Assembly: GCA_050946615.1 (NCBI GenBank)
Contig: JBMNVD010000003.1
Coordinates: 4,177 to 68,176, forward strand
DNA length: 64,000 bases
Source: Eubacterium sp.
GTDB lineage: Bacteria > Bacillota > Clostridia > Peptostreptococcales > Anaerovoracaceae
Reading direction: 5' to 3'
Shown here: positions 21,340-30,475 of the stretch, piece after piece
Position numbering within the stretch: position 1 is the first letter of the stretch
Layout: every line of letters begins with the position of its first letter
Program-made: the position numbers and the translations under genes
The notes under the pieces: model-generated
The model's input: the letters and a program-made list of their open reading frames with translations, nothing else
Database searches by the model: none
What the model was told of the DNA's origin: nothing

Positions 21340-23520
21340 CTATTCCTTGTAGTCGCAGTCTTTATTAGAACAGGTCAGTTTGTATCCCTTGCCTTTTCTT
21401 TCGACGAGAAGACTTCCGCATTTCGGGCATTTCTTGTCGACAGGTTTATACCAGAATACGGTCTTGCATTCGGGATATCCGCTGCACCCGTAAAAAACTT
21501 TGCCTCTTTTGCTCCTGCGCGCAACGATGTCTTTGCCGCAGTTTGGACACTTGACGCCGATTTTTTTAACTATCGGCTTGGTGTTCTTGCACTCAGGATA
21601 GCCGCTGCAGGCGAGGAATTCGCCGAACCTGCCGGTTTTGATGACCATAGGCCTGCCGCAGAGTTCACATACTTCGTCTGTCTGTATCTCAGGGAGTTTG
21701 ACGCGCTCTATCTTCTTATCGGCGGCTTTCAGCTCTTCCGAGAACGGACCGTAGAAATCAGATACTACGTGATGCCACTCTGTCTCGCCGCGCTCGATGT
21801 TATCGAGTTTATCCTCCATTCCTGCCGTAAATCCCGCGTCGACTATGTCCGTGAAATAGTCTTCCATGAGTTCGTCCACGACAAAACCGAGATCGGTGGG
21901 TTTAAGGGCTTTTTTCACTTTCGTGACATACTTTCGCTCCGAGAGCGTGCTGACTATCGGCGCGTATGTGCTCGGCCTGCCGATGTTCTTATCTTCCAGT
22001 TCCTTTACGAGGCTCGCTTCGGTAAAGCGCTGAGGAGGCTGGGTGAAAGCCTGCTCTCCTGTGATGTCGACAGGCGAAAGCTCTTCTCCCTCTTTGAGTT
22101 CCGGAAGTTTCTTCTCTTCTTCCGCCTCAGAGTAAGGTTTATATACGCGTCTGAAGCCGTCGAAAAGACTCTCTTCTCCGGACGCTTTGAACAGATAGCC
22201 GCTGTTTTCGATTTCAACAGAGGTGACGTTAGAGCGTGAAGGCGCCATCTGGCTTGCCATAAAGCGATTCCAGATAAGCGTGTAGAGTTTAAGCTGGTCA
22301 GGTGTGAGCGAAGAAGCCGCTTTAGCAGGCGTCAAATCGATTATAGACGGCCTGATAGCCTCGTGGGCGTCCTGAATGTCTTTCTTCTTGTTGGAATAAT
22401 AGTTGTTTGATGTATACTGTGCGCCGAAATTGCTTGAAATATACGATTTAGCCGCGCTCCTGGCCTCTTCGGAGACTCTGACGGAGTCGGTGCGCAGATA
22501 GGTGATGAGTCCGGCGCTGCCGTGGCCCTTGATCTCCACGCCTTCGTATAGCTGCTGCGCGACCATCATAGTCTTGCGGGCCGTGAAATTCAATTTGTTA
22601 CCGGCGTCCTGCTGCAGCGTACTGGTGGTAAAAGGCGGGAACGGCCTGATATTGCGTTCCTTTTCTTTGATAGAAGATACGACAAATTTTCCGGCTTTTA
22701 GGACGGATATTATTTCGTTGTTCTCTTTTTCGTTTTTTATGGTTATCTTTTTGCCTTTATGCTCGGCCAGTTTTGCTGTGAAAATGCGCCCTTTGCGGAA
22801 TTTGGCGCTGATGTTCCAGTATTCCTCCGGTACGAATGCCGTAATCTTGCGCTCTCTGTCACAGATTATCTTAAGAGCCGCAGACTGGACACGGCCTGCC
22901 GAAAGGCCCTTGCGGACCTTCCTCCAAAGCAGAGGGCTTATCTCATATCCGACGAGCCTGTCTAAAACTCTCCTCGCCTGCTGCGCGTCTACGAGCCCTA
23001 AGTCGATTGCGCGCGGATTTTTTATCGCATTTAATATCGCGTTTTTAGTGATTTCGTGAAATTCTATCCTGCATTTCGATTCCGGGTCAATACCGAGAAG
23101 ATACGCTAAATGCCACGATATTGCTTCTCCCTCGCGGTCAGGGTCCGTTGCGAGAAGGACTTTCGCCGAATTGCCAGCTTCCTTCTTGAGCGATTTTATC
23201 AGGTCTCCCTTGCCGCGTATGGCGATATATTCCGGTTCGAAGTTATTATCGATATTTATTCCCAGTTTGCTCTTCGGAAGGTCTCTGACGTGTCCGACGG
23301 ACGCTACCACTTTATATTTAGACCCGAGATATTTACCGATAGTCCTGGCCTTAGAAGGTGACTCGACTATTACAAGTATCTTGTCGGATTTAGCTTTTGA
23401 CGCTGTTTTTGCGGTAGATTTTTTTGCCGTTGTTTTGGCTGTTGTCTTTTTAGCCGCGGCCTTGCCCGTCTTTGCTGCAGACGATGCGGAAGCCCGCGTG
23501 CTTTTCTTTTGTTCTGCCAT
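21340..23520 (-). CDS. topA: DNA topoisomerase I
   Basis: It has the Toprim start ILVIVESPSKA, the active-site region GLITYLRTDS and three C-terminal CxxC...CxxC zinc ribbons. It also carries an unusual ~45-aa Lys/Ala/Thr-rich N-terminal tail. Confidence 0.95.
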   Translation of the reverse strand: MAEQKKSTRASASSAAKTGKAAAKKTTAKTTAKKSTAKTASKAKSDKILVIVESPSKARTIGKYLGSKYKVVASVGHVRDLPKSKLGINIDNNFEPEYIAIRGKGDLIKSLKKEAGNSAKVLLATDPDREGEAISWHLAYLLGIDPESKCRIEFHEITKNAILNAIKNPRAIDLGLVDAQQARRVLDRLVGYEISPLLWRKVRKGLSAGRVQSAALKIICDRERKITAFVPEEYWNISAKFRKGRIFTAKLAEHKGKKITIKNEKENNEIISVLKAGKFVVSSIKEKERNIRPFPPFTTSTLQQDAGNKLNFTARKTMMVAQQLYEGVEIKGHGSAGLITYLRTDSVRVSEEARSAAKSYISSNFGAQYTSNNYYSNKKKDIQDAHEAIRPSIIDLTPAKAASSLTPDQLKLYTLIWNRFMASQMAPSRSNVTSVEIENSGYLFKASGEESLFDGFRRVYKPYSEAEEEKKLPELKEGEELSPVDITGEQAFTQPPQRFTEASLVKELEDKNIGRPSTYAPIVSTLSERKYVTKVKKALKPTDLGFVVDELMEDYFTDIVDAGFTAGMEDKLDNIERGETEWHHVVSDFYGPFSEELKAADKKIERVKLPEIQTDEVCELCGRPMVIKTGRFGEFLACSGYPECKNTKPIVKKIGVKCPNCGKDIVARRSKRGKVFYGCSGYPECKTVFWYKPVDKKCPKCGSLLVERKGKGYKLTCSNKDCDYKE

Positions 23521-23574
23521 ATTTCCTCTTTTTGCAAATAATTTGATACTACAGAGAAATATTTTAACAGAAAA

Positions 23575-24549
23575 CTATAGATCGGCAATAAAAATTTTAC
23601 CCATTTCGCATGCAAGCACACCTTTTATCTCCATAATTGTTATAAGAGAGTTGAGATCGCTCACATCCATATCGACCGCGCAGCTGAGCGCGTCGATGCT
23701 CATTTCTCCGCATCCGGCAAGCGCGTCGACTATTTTTTTTTCGTCGCCGCCCAGATTTTGATATTTCTTTTTCTTTGCGGAAATTTCACATCCCAGAGAT
23801 TTGAAAATGTCATCACAAGAGACGACGATATCTGCTTTGTCCTGAATCAATTTATTCGTCCCGAAACTGCGCGGATTCACGATGTTCCCCGGCACTGCAA
23901 ATACCGTCTTTCCCTGCTCTTCCGCGCATTCGGCGGTGATAAGGGCACCGCTTCTGGTACCGGCTTCGACCACTACTACCGCATCGGCAAGCGCGCTGAT
24001 TATCCTGTTCCGCAGAGGAAAGTAATAACCTCTTGCCCGCTCTCCCGGAGGATATTCCGACAAAAGCAGCCCGTCGCGCGATATCTTTTCCTGCAGATCT
24101 CTGTTCTCGGGCGGATAATAAATGTCAAGACCATTCGCTATCACGCCTATAGATATTCCTCCCGCGTCAAGCACAGACCGCTGCGCCGCACTGTCTATCC
24201 CACGCGCCAATCCACTGATCACCACAACGCCGTATTCGGCTGCAAGCCTTCCTATCTCTTTTGCCACGGACATGCCATACGGTGAGCAGTCGCGGCTTCC
24301 CACGACGGCTATGCTCAATTTCCCCGCAAGCGAAAGGTCACCGCGATAATATAACTTTTCAACGCGTCCTTTCCCCGTAAGAAAACGGTCGAGCCTCTCG
24401 GGAAATCCCGCATCGCCGCTGCAGACGAACTCGCATTTTTCGCGATTATTAATACTGTTATCGTTCATTGCGGGATATACCTTCTCCCCGAGCTGAAATG
24501 ATTTTTCATTGCGGACTAGATTCTTTCCCTGTATTGCAGCGCTTTTCAT
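23575..24549 (-). CDS. dprA: DNA-processing protein DprA (Smf)
   Basis: The Rossmann-like DprA core is present (IAVVGSRDCSPYG, VISGLARGIDSAAQ, VVVEAGTRSGALITA), in the conserved dprA-topA order. The start is uncertain: the first 10 codons lie in a 27-bp duplicate of the comM 3' end. An alternative ATG at 24466-24468 has a GGAGAAGG RBS. Confidence 0.85.
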   Translation of the reverse strand: MKSAAIQGKNLVRNEKSFQLGEKVYPAMNDNSINNREKCEFVCSGDAGFPERLDRFLTGKGRVEKLYYRGDLSLAGKLSIAVVGSRDCSPYGMSVAKEIGRLAAEYGVVVISGLARGIDSAAQRSVLDAGGISIGVIANGLDIYYPPENRDLQEKISRDGLLLSEYPPGERARGYYFPLRNRIISALADAVVVVEAGTRSGALITAECAEEQGKTVFAVPGNIVNPRSFGTNKLIQDKADIVVSCDDIFKSLGCEISAKKKKYQNLGGDEKKIVDALAGCGEMSIDALSCAVDMDVSDLNSLITIMEIKGVLACEMGKIFIADL

Positions 24550-24555
24550 CGCGCG

Positions 24556-26133
24556 TCAGATTCTTTCCCTGTATTGCAGCGCTTCGGCGGCGTCATTGGC
24601 AGAGACCTTTTCGTGTCCGTTCAAGTCCGCTATCGTTCTAGCGACCTTTTTTGCCTTACTTAAGGATCTGGGATTTAATGCGAGTCTCTCGTATGCCTCC
24701 CTGAAAACCGATTCGCCCCCGCCGCCCGACGCGTATTCTGAGGCTTCTCTGTCGTTCATATCTGAATTGAGTCTGCCTTTTCTGCCGAATCTCTTTTCCT
24801 GTATCGCCCGCGCCGCTTTGATGTGTTCCCGCATATCATCAGAAGTCATGGAACGACCGCTTTCCAGTTCGTCTATTCCCGGAGCGGCCATCGTCAGATG
24901 TATGTCTATCCTGTCCAGTATCGGTCCCGACATTTTCGACCTATATGCCGCTATCTCCCCGGGAGTGCAAGTGCACTCATGCCTCGGATCACCGTAATAC
25001 CCGCATTTGCACGGGTTTGATGCGGCCACGAGAAAAAAATCCGCCGGGTATCTGAAGGTCTCACCTCTCTTTGTCAAAACGACGTAATGAAGGTCGAGCG
25101 GCACCCTGAGCGACTCGATAGTATTTCGGTCAAACTCACATAATTCGTCGATGAAAAGTATCCCCTTATGCGCAAGTGTTACCTCGCCGGGCATAGGCGG
25201 ATACCCGCTTCCAAGCATTCCCTGTGAAGATATGTTTCTCCCCGGCCTCCTGAAAGGTCTCTCGCTTACTATAGGCATATCCTTTGACAGCAGACCTGCG
25301 GTCGAATAAATGCCTGTCAATTCCACTACCTCTTCGTGTGTCATTTTCGGAAAGAGAGATGGGATGCGTTCGGCTATCATGGTCTTTCCCGTCCCGGGAC
25401 TTCCTATCATCAAAATCGCATGCCCGCCCGAAACGGCGACTTCCACAGCGCGCTTAGCGTACTCCTGGCCTTTGATATCGGCAAAATCTATTGTGTCAGC
25501 ATGATTATCGTGTTCCATGCTCTCCCCGTTAATATTCGGGCAATTCGGGTATTCGGGGCCGGCTGCGAGAGCACTGCCGCCCGCCGCACCTCCGCACTTC
25601 TTTTCTTGTTTTGCCGTATTCTTTCCGTTAAGGATATCAACGGTCTCGCTCAAACTATCAGCAGCGATTATCCCTATCCCGTCTATCAGCGAAGCTTCAT
25701 GTATGTTCTCGCGCGGAAGCACCACATATCTGACTCCTTTTTTCTTCATCTCGGCTACCATAGGCAGAACACTCTTTGAAGCGCAGAGTCTACCGTCGAG
25801 TGAGAGTTCGCCGATAAAGCCCGTATCCTTTAGGCGCCTTGAAAATGCTTCTCCGCAGCACACTAATATTCCGACCGCAATAGCGAGATCGAAGTGACCG
25901 CCTTTTTTCGGGACTGACGCCGGCGCAAGGTTGACCGTGATGCGAGACATCGGATAATCAAAACCGCTCGAACGAATAGCCGACTTTACTCTCCCTGACG
26001 CTTCGCGCACAGTTTTATCGCCCAGCCCTATTATTTCAGTTGTCGGCAGTCCGCGGCCTACATCGACCTCCACATCGACCATTATCGCCTCTATACCGCG
26101 CACAGATGCGCATTTCACTTTCGTCTGCATCAC
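24556..26133 (-). CDS. comM: YifB/ComM family Mg-chelatase-like ATPase
   Basis: It has an N-terminal Lon-protease-like domain, Walker A GSPGTGKTM, Walker B GILFIDEL and the C-terminal ChlI-like region. Length is 525 aa. Confidence 0.9.
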   Translation of the reverse strand: MMQTKVKCASVRGIEAIMVDVEVDVGRGLPTTEIIGLGDKTVREASGRVKSAIRSSGFDYPMSRITVNLAPASVPKKGGHFDLAIAVGILVCCGEAFSRRLKDTGFIGELSLDGRLCASKSVLPMVAEMKKKGVRYVVLPRENIHEASLIDGIGIIAADSLSETVDILNGKNTAKQEKKCGGAAGGSALAAGPEYPNCPNINGESMEHDNHADTIDFADIKGQEYAKRAVEVAVSGGHAILMIGSPGTGKTMIAERIPSLFPKMTHEEVVELTGIYSTAGLLSKDMPIVSERPFRRPGRNISSQGMLGSGYPPMPGEVTLAHKGILFIDELCEFDRNTIESLRVPLDLHYVVLTKRGETFRYPADFFLVAASNPCKCGYYGDPRHECTCTPGEIAAYRSKMSGPILDRIDIHLTMAAPGIDELESGRSMTSDDMREHIKAARAIQEKRFGRKGRLNSDMNDREASEYASGGGGESVFREAYERLALNPRSLSKAKKVARTIADLNGHEKVSANDAAEALQYRERI

Positions 26134-26459
26134 ATCACGTCCTTCAGATGGCTTATCGTCACTTCGACGACATCAAAAGAAAACCTTCCGGCATTCGGCT
26201 CAGCATCTCGGATATATATCTTTGAAGCGGCTTTGATATTGGAGCGTTTTCTGTGTCCCACCGCTTCAGACGGACGACCGAATTCGTCGGATGTTCTCGT
26301 CTTTACCTCGACAAAACGGACCGCACCCGACTTCCTGCAGATAATGTCGATCTCTCCGAATTTAGTCCTGTAGTTGCGTTCAAGGATTTCATATCCGTGT
26401 TTTTCCAAAAATATCTCGGCAAAATCCTCGCCGAGTCTGCCAATCGTCTGATTGTCCAT
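26130..26459 (-). CDS. yraN: YraN family (UPF0102) endonuclease-like protein
   Basis: GEDFAEIFLEKHGYEILERNYRTKFGEIDIICR...VRFVEVKTR is the YraN PD-(D/E)xK-like core. The start is trimmed to the ATG at 26457-26459, preceded by GGAGG. The stop overlaps the comM start (ATGA). Confidence 0.85.
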   Translation of the reverse strand: MDNQTIGRLGEDFAEIFLEKHGYEILERNYRTKFGEIDIICRKSGAVRFVEVKTRTSDEFGRPSEAVGHRKRSNIKAASKIYIRDAEPNAGRFSFDVVEVTISHLKDVM

Positions 26460-26556
26460 TTTCAGCCTCCGGCCGCGATTTCTATCTCTCTTCCCGGCAT
26501 GCATAATTTACCATATTATGTATGCGTTGTCAATTTTTACCATATAAAGGGAATAA

Positions 26557-26580
26557 TAAAAGCCGCCCCGTTCGGCGGCT
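26557..26580 (-). terminator. Rho-independent terminator after the HAD hydrolase gene
   Basis: On the minus strand the stem AGCCGCC/GGCGGCT is followed by a U-rich run. Confidence 0.6.
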
Positions 26581-26643
26581 GAAAATATCTGTTAATAAGC
26601 AATCGACAGTGAATAATAGCTAAAATCAGCAGCTTACAGCGGC

Positions 26644-27519
26644 TTAGTATTTTTCAAGAACAAATTTTTCTATCGCAATCGCGGCTCCGTCCTCGCTGTT
26701 TGATTTAGTTACGTGATCAGCCGATTCTTTGACGATATCATCGGCATTTCCCATAGCCACGCCGACGCCTGCGTACTCTATCATCGCAAGATCGTTCGGG
26801 CTGTCGCCCACAGCCATAAGTTCATCAGCGCTGACGCCGAACTTTGTGAGCAGTTCGCCGATTCCTCCGGCTTTGCTGACACTGTCAGAACAAATTTCCG
26901 TGTTGAGATGCCATGACGTCGTTACATTCAATCCCTTGATTTTTTTGATTTCCGCAACCGTATCGATTTTTTCGGACATATCCAAGAAGTTGATAACCAC
27001 TTCTTCTAGCTCGCCAATATGCCGGCGGGAAAATTCAAAGATGTCTGGAACGGGAGTGCGCGTCTTAGTGACGTATTCAACGCTTCTGGTTGTGTTCTCC
27101 CCGCGCACTATGGAATCGTATTCATCCTGACCAAAATAGGCTGTTCCGTCGATAAAAACTTCTGTGTATGGTTTTGTCGTTTCCAGCAAATCGAACAAGC
27201 GGGCCGCGGTTTCAGGTTCTATTACATTTACGTAAATTGGTTTTCTGTCTACTAAACTTATTACTCGCGCACCGTCTTCCGTAACGGCATAGTCCAGACC
27301 GTATACGCCGAAAACTTCTTCAGGCAGTGCTGACACAGGCCTCCCAGTCGCGATAACGGTAATGACACCCATATCGTCAGCTTCTCTTATCGCTTTGCGC
27401 AGTCTAGGGCTCAGCTTTTTTGAATGGTCGAACGCGGTGCCGTCGAGATCGAGGGCAACCATTTTGATTTTTCTATCTGATTTCGCCATTTGATACGCCG
27501 TACACCTCTCGCGTGCCAT
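26644..27519 (-). CDS. Cof-type HAD-IIB family hydrolase
   Basis: HAD motif I is VALDLDGT, and the C-terminal motif is MAVGDSPNDLAMIEYAGVGVAMGNA. The true start may be the internal MAKSDRK (27487-27489). Confidence 0.85.
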   Translation of the reverse strand: MARERCTAYQMAKSDRKIKMVALDLDGTAFDHSKKLSPRLRKAIREADDMGVITVIATGRPVSALPEEVFGVYGLDYAVTEDGARVISLVDRKPIYVNVIEPETAARLFDLLETTKPYTEVFIDGTAYFGQDEYDSIVRGENTTRSVEYVTKTRTPVPDIFEFSRRHIGELEEVVINFLDMSEKIDTVAEIKKIKGLNVTTSWHLNTEICSDSVSKAGGIGELLTKFGVSADELMAVGDSPNDLAMIEYAGVGVAMGNADDIVKESADHVTKSNSEDGAAIAIEKFVLEKY

Positions 27520-27551
27520 GTGGCACGTTCAACGTTCAAACAAAACAAAAC

Positions 27552-27587
27552 AAAGAAAAGACGCAGGACGGTTTGACCGCCTGCGTC
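27552..27587 (-). terminator. Rho-independent terminator after ispH/S1
   Basis: The stem GACGCAGG/CCTGCGTC is followed on the minus strand by TTTTCTTTGTTTTGTTTTG. Confidence 0.7.
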
Positions 27588-27605
27588 GTGATGCATTTCG
27601 GAATA

Positions 27606-29777
27606 CTATTCTTCCGTCTTGTCTTCGGATTCTTCCTTAGGAGCTTCGGCAGGCTCTTCAGCCTTTGGCGCTTCCTCTGCAGGAGCCTCAGGAGCCGGTG
27701 ATTCCGGAGCCGATGCTTCCGGTGCTGCTGCTTCAGCAGGAGCTTCGACAGGAGCTTCGACAGTTTCCTCAGCTTTAGGCTCTTCCGCCGGTGCTGCTTC
27801 CGCTTCTTTTTCCGCTTCCTTCTGAGCCTTCATCGGTCTTGCTTCGTCTTCTCCGAGCTCGTCGATCGCGGCCTTGATGCTCAGACTGATTCTTCTTCTC
27901 TCCGTATCGATGTCGAGGATCTTAGTCTTTACGATCTCGCCTACTGAAAGTTCATCTGCGATGTTGGCGACTCTCTTATGAGCAACTTCCGAGATGTGTA
28001 CGAGTCCGTCAAGACCCGGTTCGATTTCAACGAAAGCACCATATTCCTTGAGCTGAACTACTTTGCCTGTGACGATCTGTCCGACAGCGTACTTCTCGTT
28101 GATAACGCTCCAAGGTTCCGGAGTCGTCTGCTTCAGTCCGAGAGAAATCTTTCCTTTCTCTTGGTTCATGGAGAGAACTTTTACGTTGATTTTCTGTCCG
28201 ATAGAGAGAACTTCCTGAGGATGTTTGAGTTTGCCCCAAGAAATCTCTGAGATATGGAGCAATCCATCGAGACCGCCGATATCTACGAATGCTCCGTAGT
28301 CGGTGAATCTCATAACGGTTCCTTCCACGATATCTCCGACGTGGAGATTCTCCCAGATCGCTTCGACCTGTTTCTGCTTCTCTTCGCGCAGGACCGCTTT
28401 ATGAGAGAAGACCGCTCTGTTTCTCTTAGGATCGAGTCTCGTGACCTTTACATCAAATGTCTGTCCGATGAATTCATCAGCGTTCTCGACATATCTGTCG
28501 GAAAGCTGAGACATAGGGATGAAACCCGTGAGTTCTTTATACGAAGCGATGACGCCGCCGTTCACAGCTCTCTCTACCTTTACGGTTATTGCAGTCTTGT
28601 TCTCATGAGCTTCGTTGATTTCTGCCCAGTATTTGCTGATCTCGAACTTCTTCTTTGAAAGAAGGATGTTCCCGTCGCTGTCATCTGTTCTGACAACCTT
28701 AGCTTGGACTTCGTCACCCGGTTTGAATGCATCCGTGAGCTTTTCTCCTTCCTCAAGAGTTACTTCCTCAAGCGGAAGAACGCCGTCTTTCTTGCATCCA
28801 AGATTGACGACTACGTGCTTATCGGTCACCTCAAGCACAGTCCCGTCTACAATATCTCCTACTTTAGGGAGTTTGAGAGACGCGTCGATTTCATCCATGA
28901 AATCAGCCATAGTTGTTTTTTCGTTGTTCGTATCGCTCATCCTGGCAATAACCTCCTTAATTACGCTTTCGGGTGTCGAGGCACCCGCCGCAATCCCTAT
29001 TTTATTATACTTTTTCAAGACTTTCAATGGAAAATTGTCAATATTTTCACCAAAAAAGGAGTTGCGGCAATATTTTTGTGCGATTTCGAAAAGTTTTGCC
29101 GAATTTGAGCTGTTTTCTCCACCAATGACGACCATAGCATCGACAGTTTTCGCCAGTTCGGCACATCCTTCCTGTCTCAGTTTAGTGGCTTCACAAATAG
29201 TATTGTGTATATCGGCTTTGATACCTCTTTTTTCGATGACGCCGCATATCTCGTCCAGCAGTTCTTTGCGTATCGTCGTCTGGCAGACAAGCAGATAATC
29301 ACCCGAATCGGGGATTTCTGCCGCTTCTTCCGGACTGTTGATGATCAAAGCCTTGTTTTCGCACCATCCGTTTGTCGCTATCACTTCCGCGTGGCTGCGA
29401 TCGCCGACGATGATTATGTCTTTTCCGGCTTTATACGCATCTCTGACTATCTCGTGTATCTTTGACACGAAGGGACATGTGGCATCTATTACCGTGACAG
29501 AACGCCCTTCCAGAGAATCATAGAAAGATTTGGGTTCTCCATGCGAGCGTATGATAAGCGTATCTCCGTCGTTGAGTTCAGACGGATTCTCTATTATCTC
29601 AACGCCTTTAGCCGCAAGGTCGTCCGTCACCGTCCTGTTGTGAATAAGCGGTCCGCATGTGCAAAGACGGCCCGAAGAACCACCCTTTTCTTTCTTCTCG
29701 ACCTCTGCAAGTGTCTTATCGAGAGCCCTCTTGACCCCGAAACAGAATCCTGAATTCTTTGCTCGTATTACTTCCAT
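27606..29777 (-). CDS. ispH: Bifunctional 4-hydroxy-3-methylbut-2-enyl diphosphate reductase (IspH) / ribosomal protein S1-like protein
   Basis: The N-terminal ~285 aa are IspH-like (GFCFGVKRAL, three conserved Cys regions). Four S1 repeats follow (GDIVDGTV, GQTFDVKV, GDIVEGTVMRFTDYGAFVDI, GQIVTGKVVQLKEYGAFVEI), then an acidic Pro/Ala/Glu tail. This fusion is known in Clostridia. Confidence 0.9.
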   Translation of the reverse strand: MEVIRAKNSGFCFGVKRALDKTLAEVEKKEKGGSSGRLCTCGPLIHNRTVTDDLAAKGVEIIENPSELNDGDTLIIRSHGEPKSFYDSLEGRSVTVIDATCPFVSKIHEIVRDAYKAGKDIIIVGDRSHAEVIATNGWCENKALIINSPEEAAEIPDSGDYLLVCQTTIRKELLDEICGVIEKRGIKADIHNTICEATKLRQEGCAELAKTVDAMVVIGGENSSNSAKLFEIAQKYCRNSFFGENIDNFPLKVLKKYNKIGIAAGASTPESVIKEVIARMSDTNNEKTTMADFMDEIDASLKLPKVGDIVDGTVLEVTDKHVVVNLGCKKDGVLPLEEVTLEEGEKLTDAFKPGDEVQAKVVRTDDSDGNILLSKKKFEISKYWAEINEAHENKTAITVKVERAVNGGVIASYKELTGFIPMSQLSDRYVENADEFIGQTFDVKVTRLDPKRNRAVFSHKAVLREEKQKQVEAIWENLHVGDIVEGTVMRFTDYGAFVDIGGLDGLLHISEISWGKLKHPQEVLSIGQKINVKVLSMNQEKGKISLGLKQTTPEPWSVINEKYAVGQIVTGKVVQLKEYGAFVEIEPGLDGLVHISEVAHKRVANIADELSVGEIVKTKILDIDTERRRISLSIKAAIDELGEDEARPMKAQKEAEKEAEAAPAEEPKAEETVEAPVEAPAEAAAPEASAPESPAPEAPAEEAPKAEEPAEAPKEESEDKTEE

Positions 29778-29879
29778 ATGTTCGTCCTCTGCCGCCGGTT
29801 TATTTCTATTCTCGGCCTGACATTATGGTATACGAACGCGCACATGAATTCAAGAGATTTCAAGCAAAATCAAGGGATT

Positions 29880-30461
29880 TCAAGAATCCGCGGCATAAGA
29901 AGACATTTCATTTCCTCTCGATACTCTTATCCGCATCGACCTGAGAGCCGAGACAGATTGATCGAAACTGAAAGCATGAGCGGAAAGTTCATTTTCGGCC
30001 TCCTCAATAATATCGACGCACGACTCGGACACAAACGGCAGCAGACTTTCGGCAAAATCGCATACTCTTTTAATGATTATCTCAGAAGTGGGAATGATAT
30101 TATCTTTGTCACCGGATCTGGGGATGAAACGACATTTCACAAGAGATGTATCGCTGCTGAAATATATCGTATCCGTCGAAATGTCAAAATTCCATGGGAA
30201 CAGATAATTCATGGCAGCACGAGTCAAGCCTTTGAGAAGTCCTATCAAAATGTCAAGAGTCTCAGAGCCGCTGAGATTTTCATATTCACTGACCTTTCTG
30301 AAACCCGTGATATCAGTAGCCGCGATAAGTGTATCAGAGCTCGCGCAATTTATGAGAAAACTCATCGGAAAGAAAAAATCGCATCTTCCTCCCGACAGCA
30401 CTTTTACCGCATATCCCTTAATTGCCGACCGCTCGAACTCAGTTTCGATAATGTTTTTCAT
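29880..30461 (-). CDS. Hypothetical cytoplasmic protein, last gene of the Tad-like cluster
   Basis: The 193-aa minus-strand ORF lies 14 nt downstream of the preceding cluster gene and has normal amino-acid composition. The overlapping 255-aa plus-strand ORF is Arg/Ser-rich and looks spurious. I recognised no motif. Confidence 0.5.
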   Translation of the reverse strand: MKNIIETEFERSAIKGYAVKVLSGGRCDFFFPMSFLINCASSDTLIAATDITGFRKVSEYENLSGSETLDILIGLLKGLTRAAMNYLFPWNFDISTDTIYFSSDTSLVKCRFIPRSGDKDNIIPTSEIIIKRVCDFAESLLPFVSESCVDIIEEAENELSAHAFSFDQSVSALRSMRIRVSRGNEMSSYAADS

Positions 30462-30475
30462 CTAATTCCCCCGCT

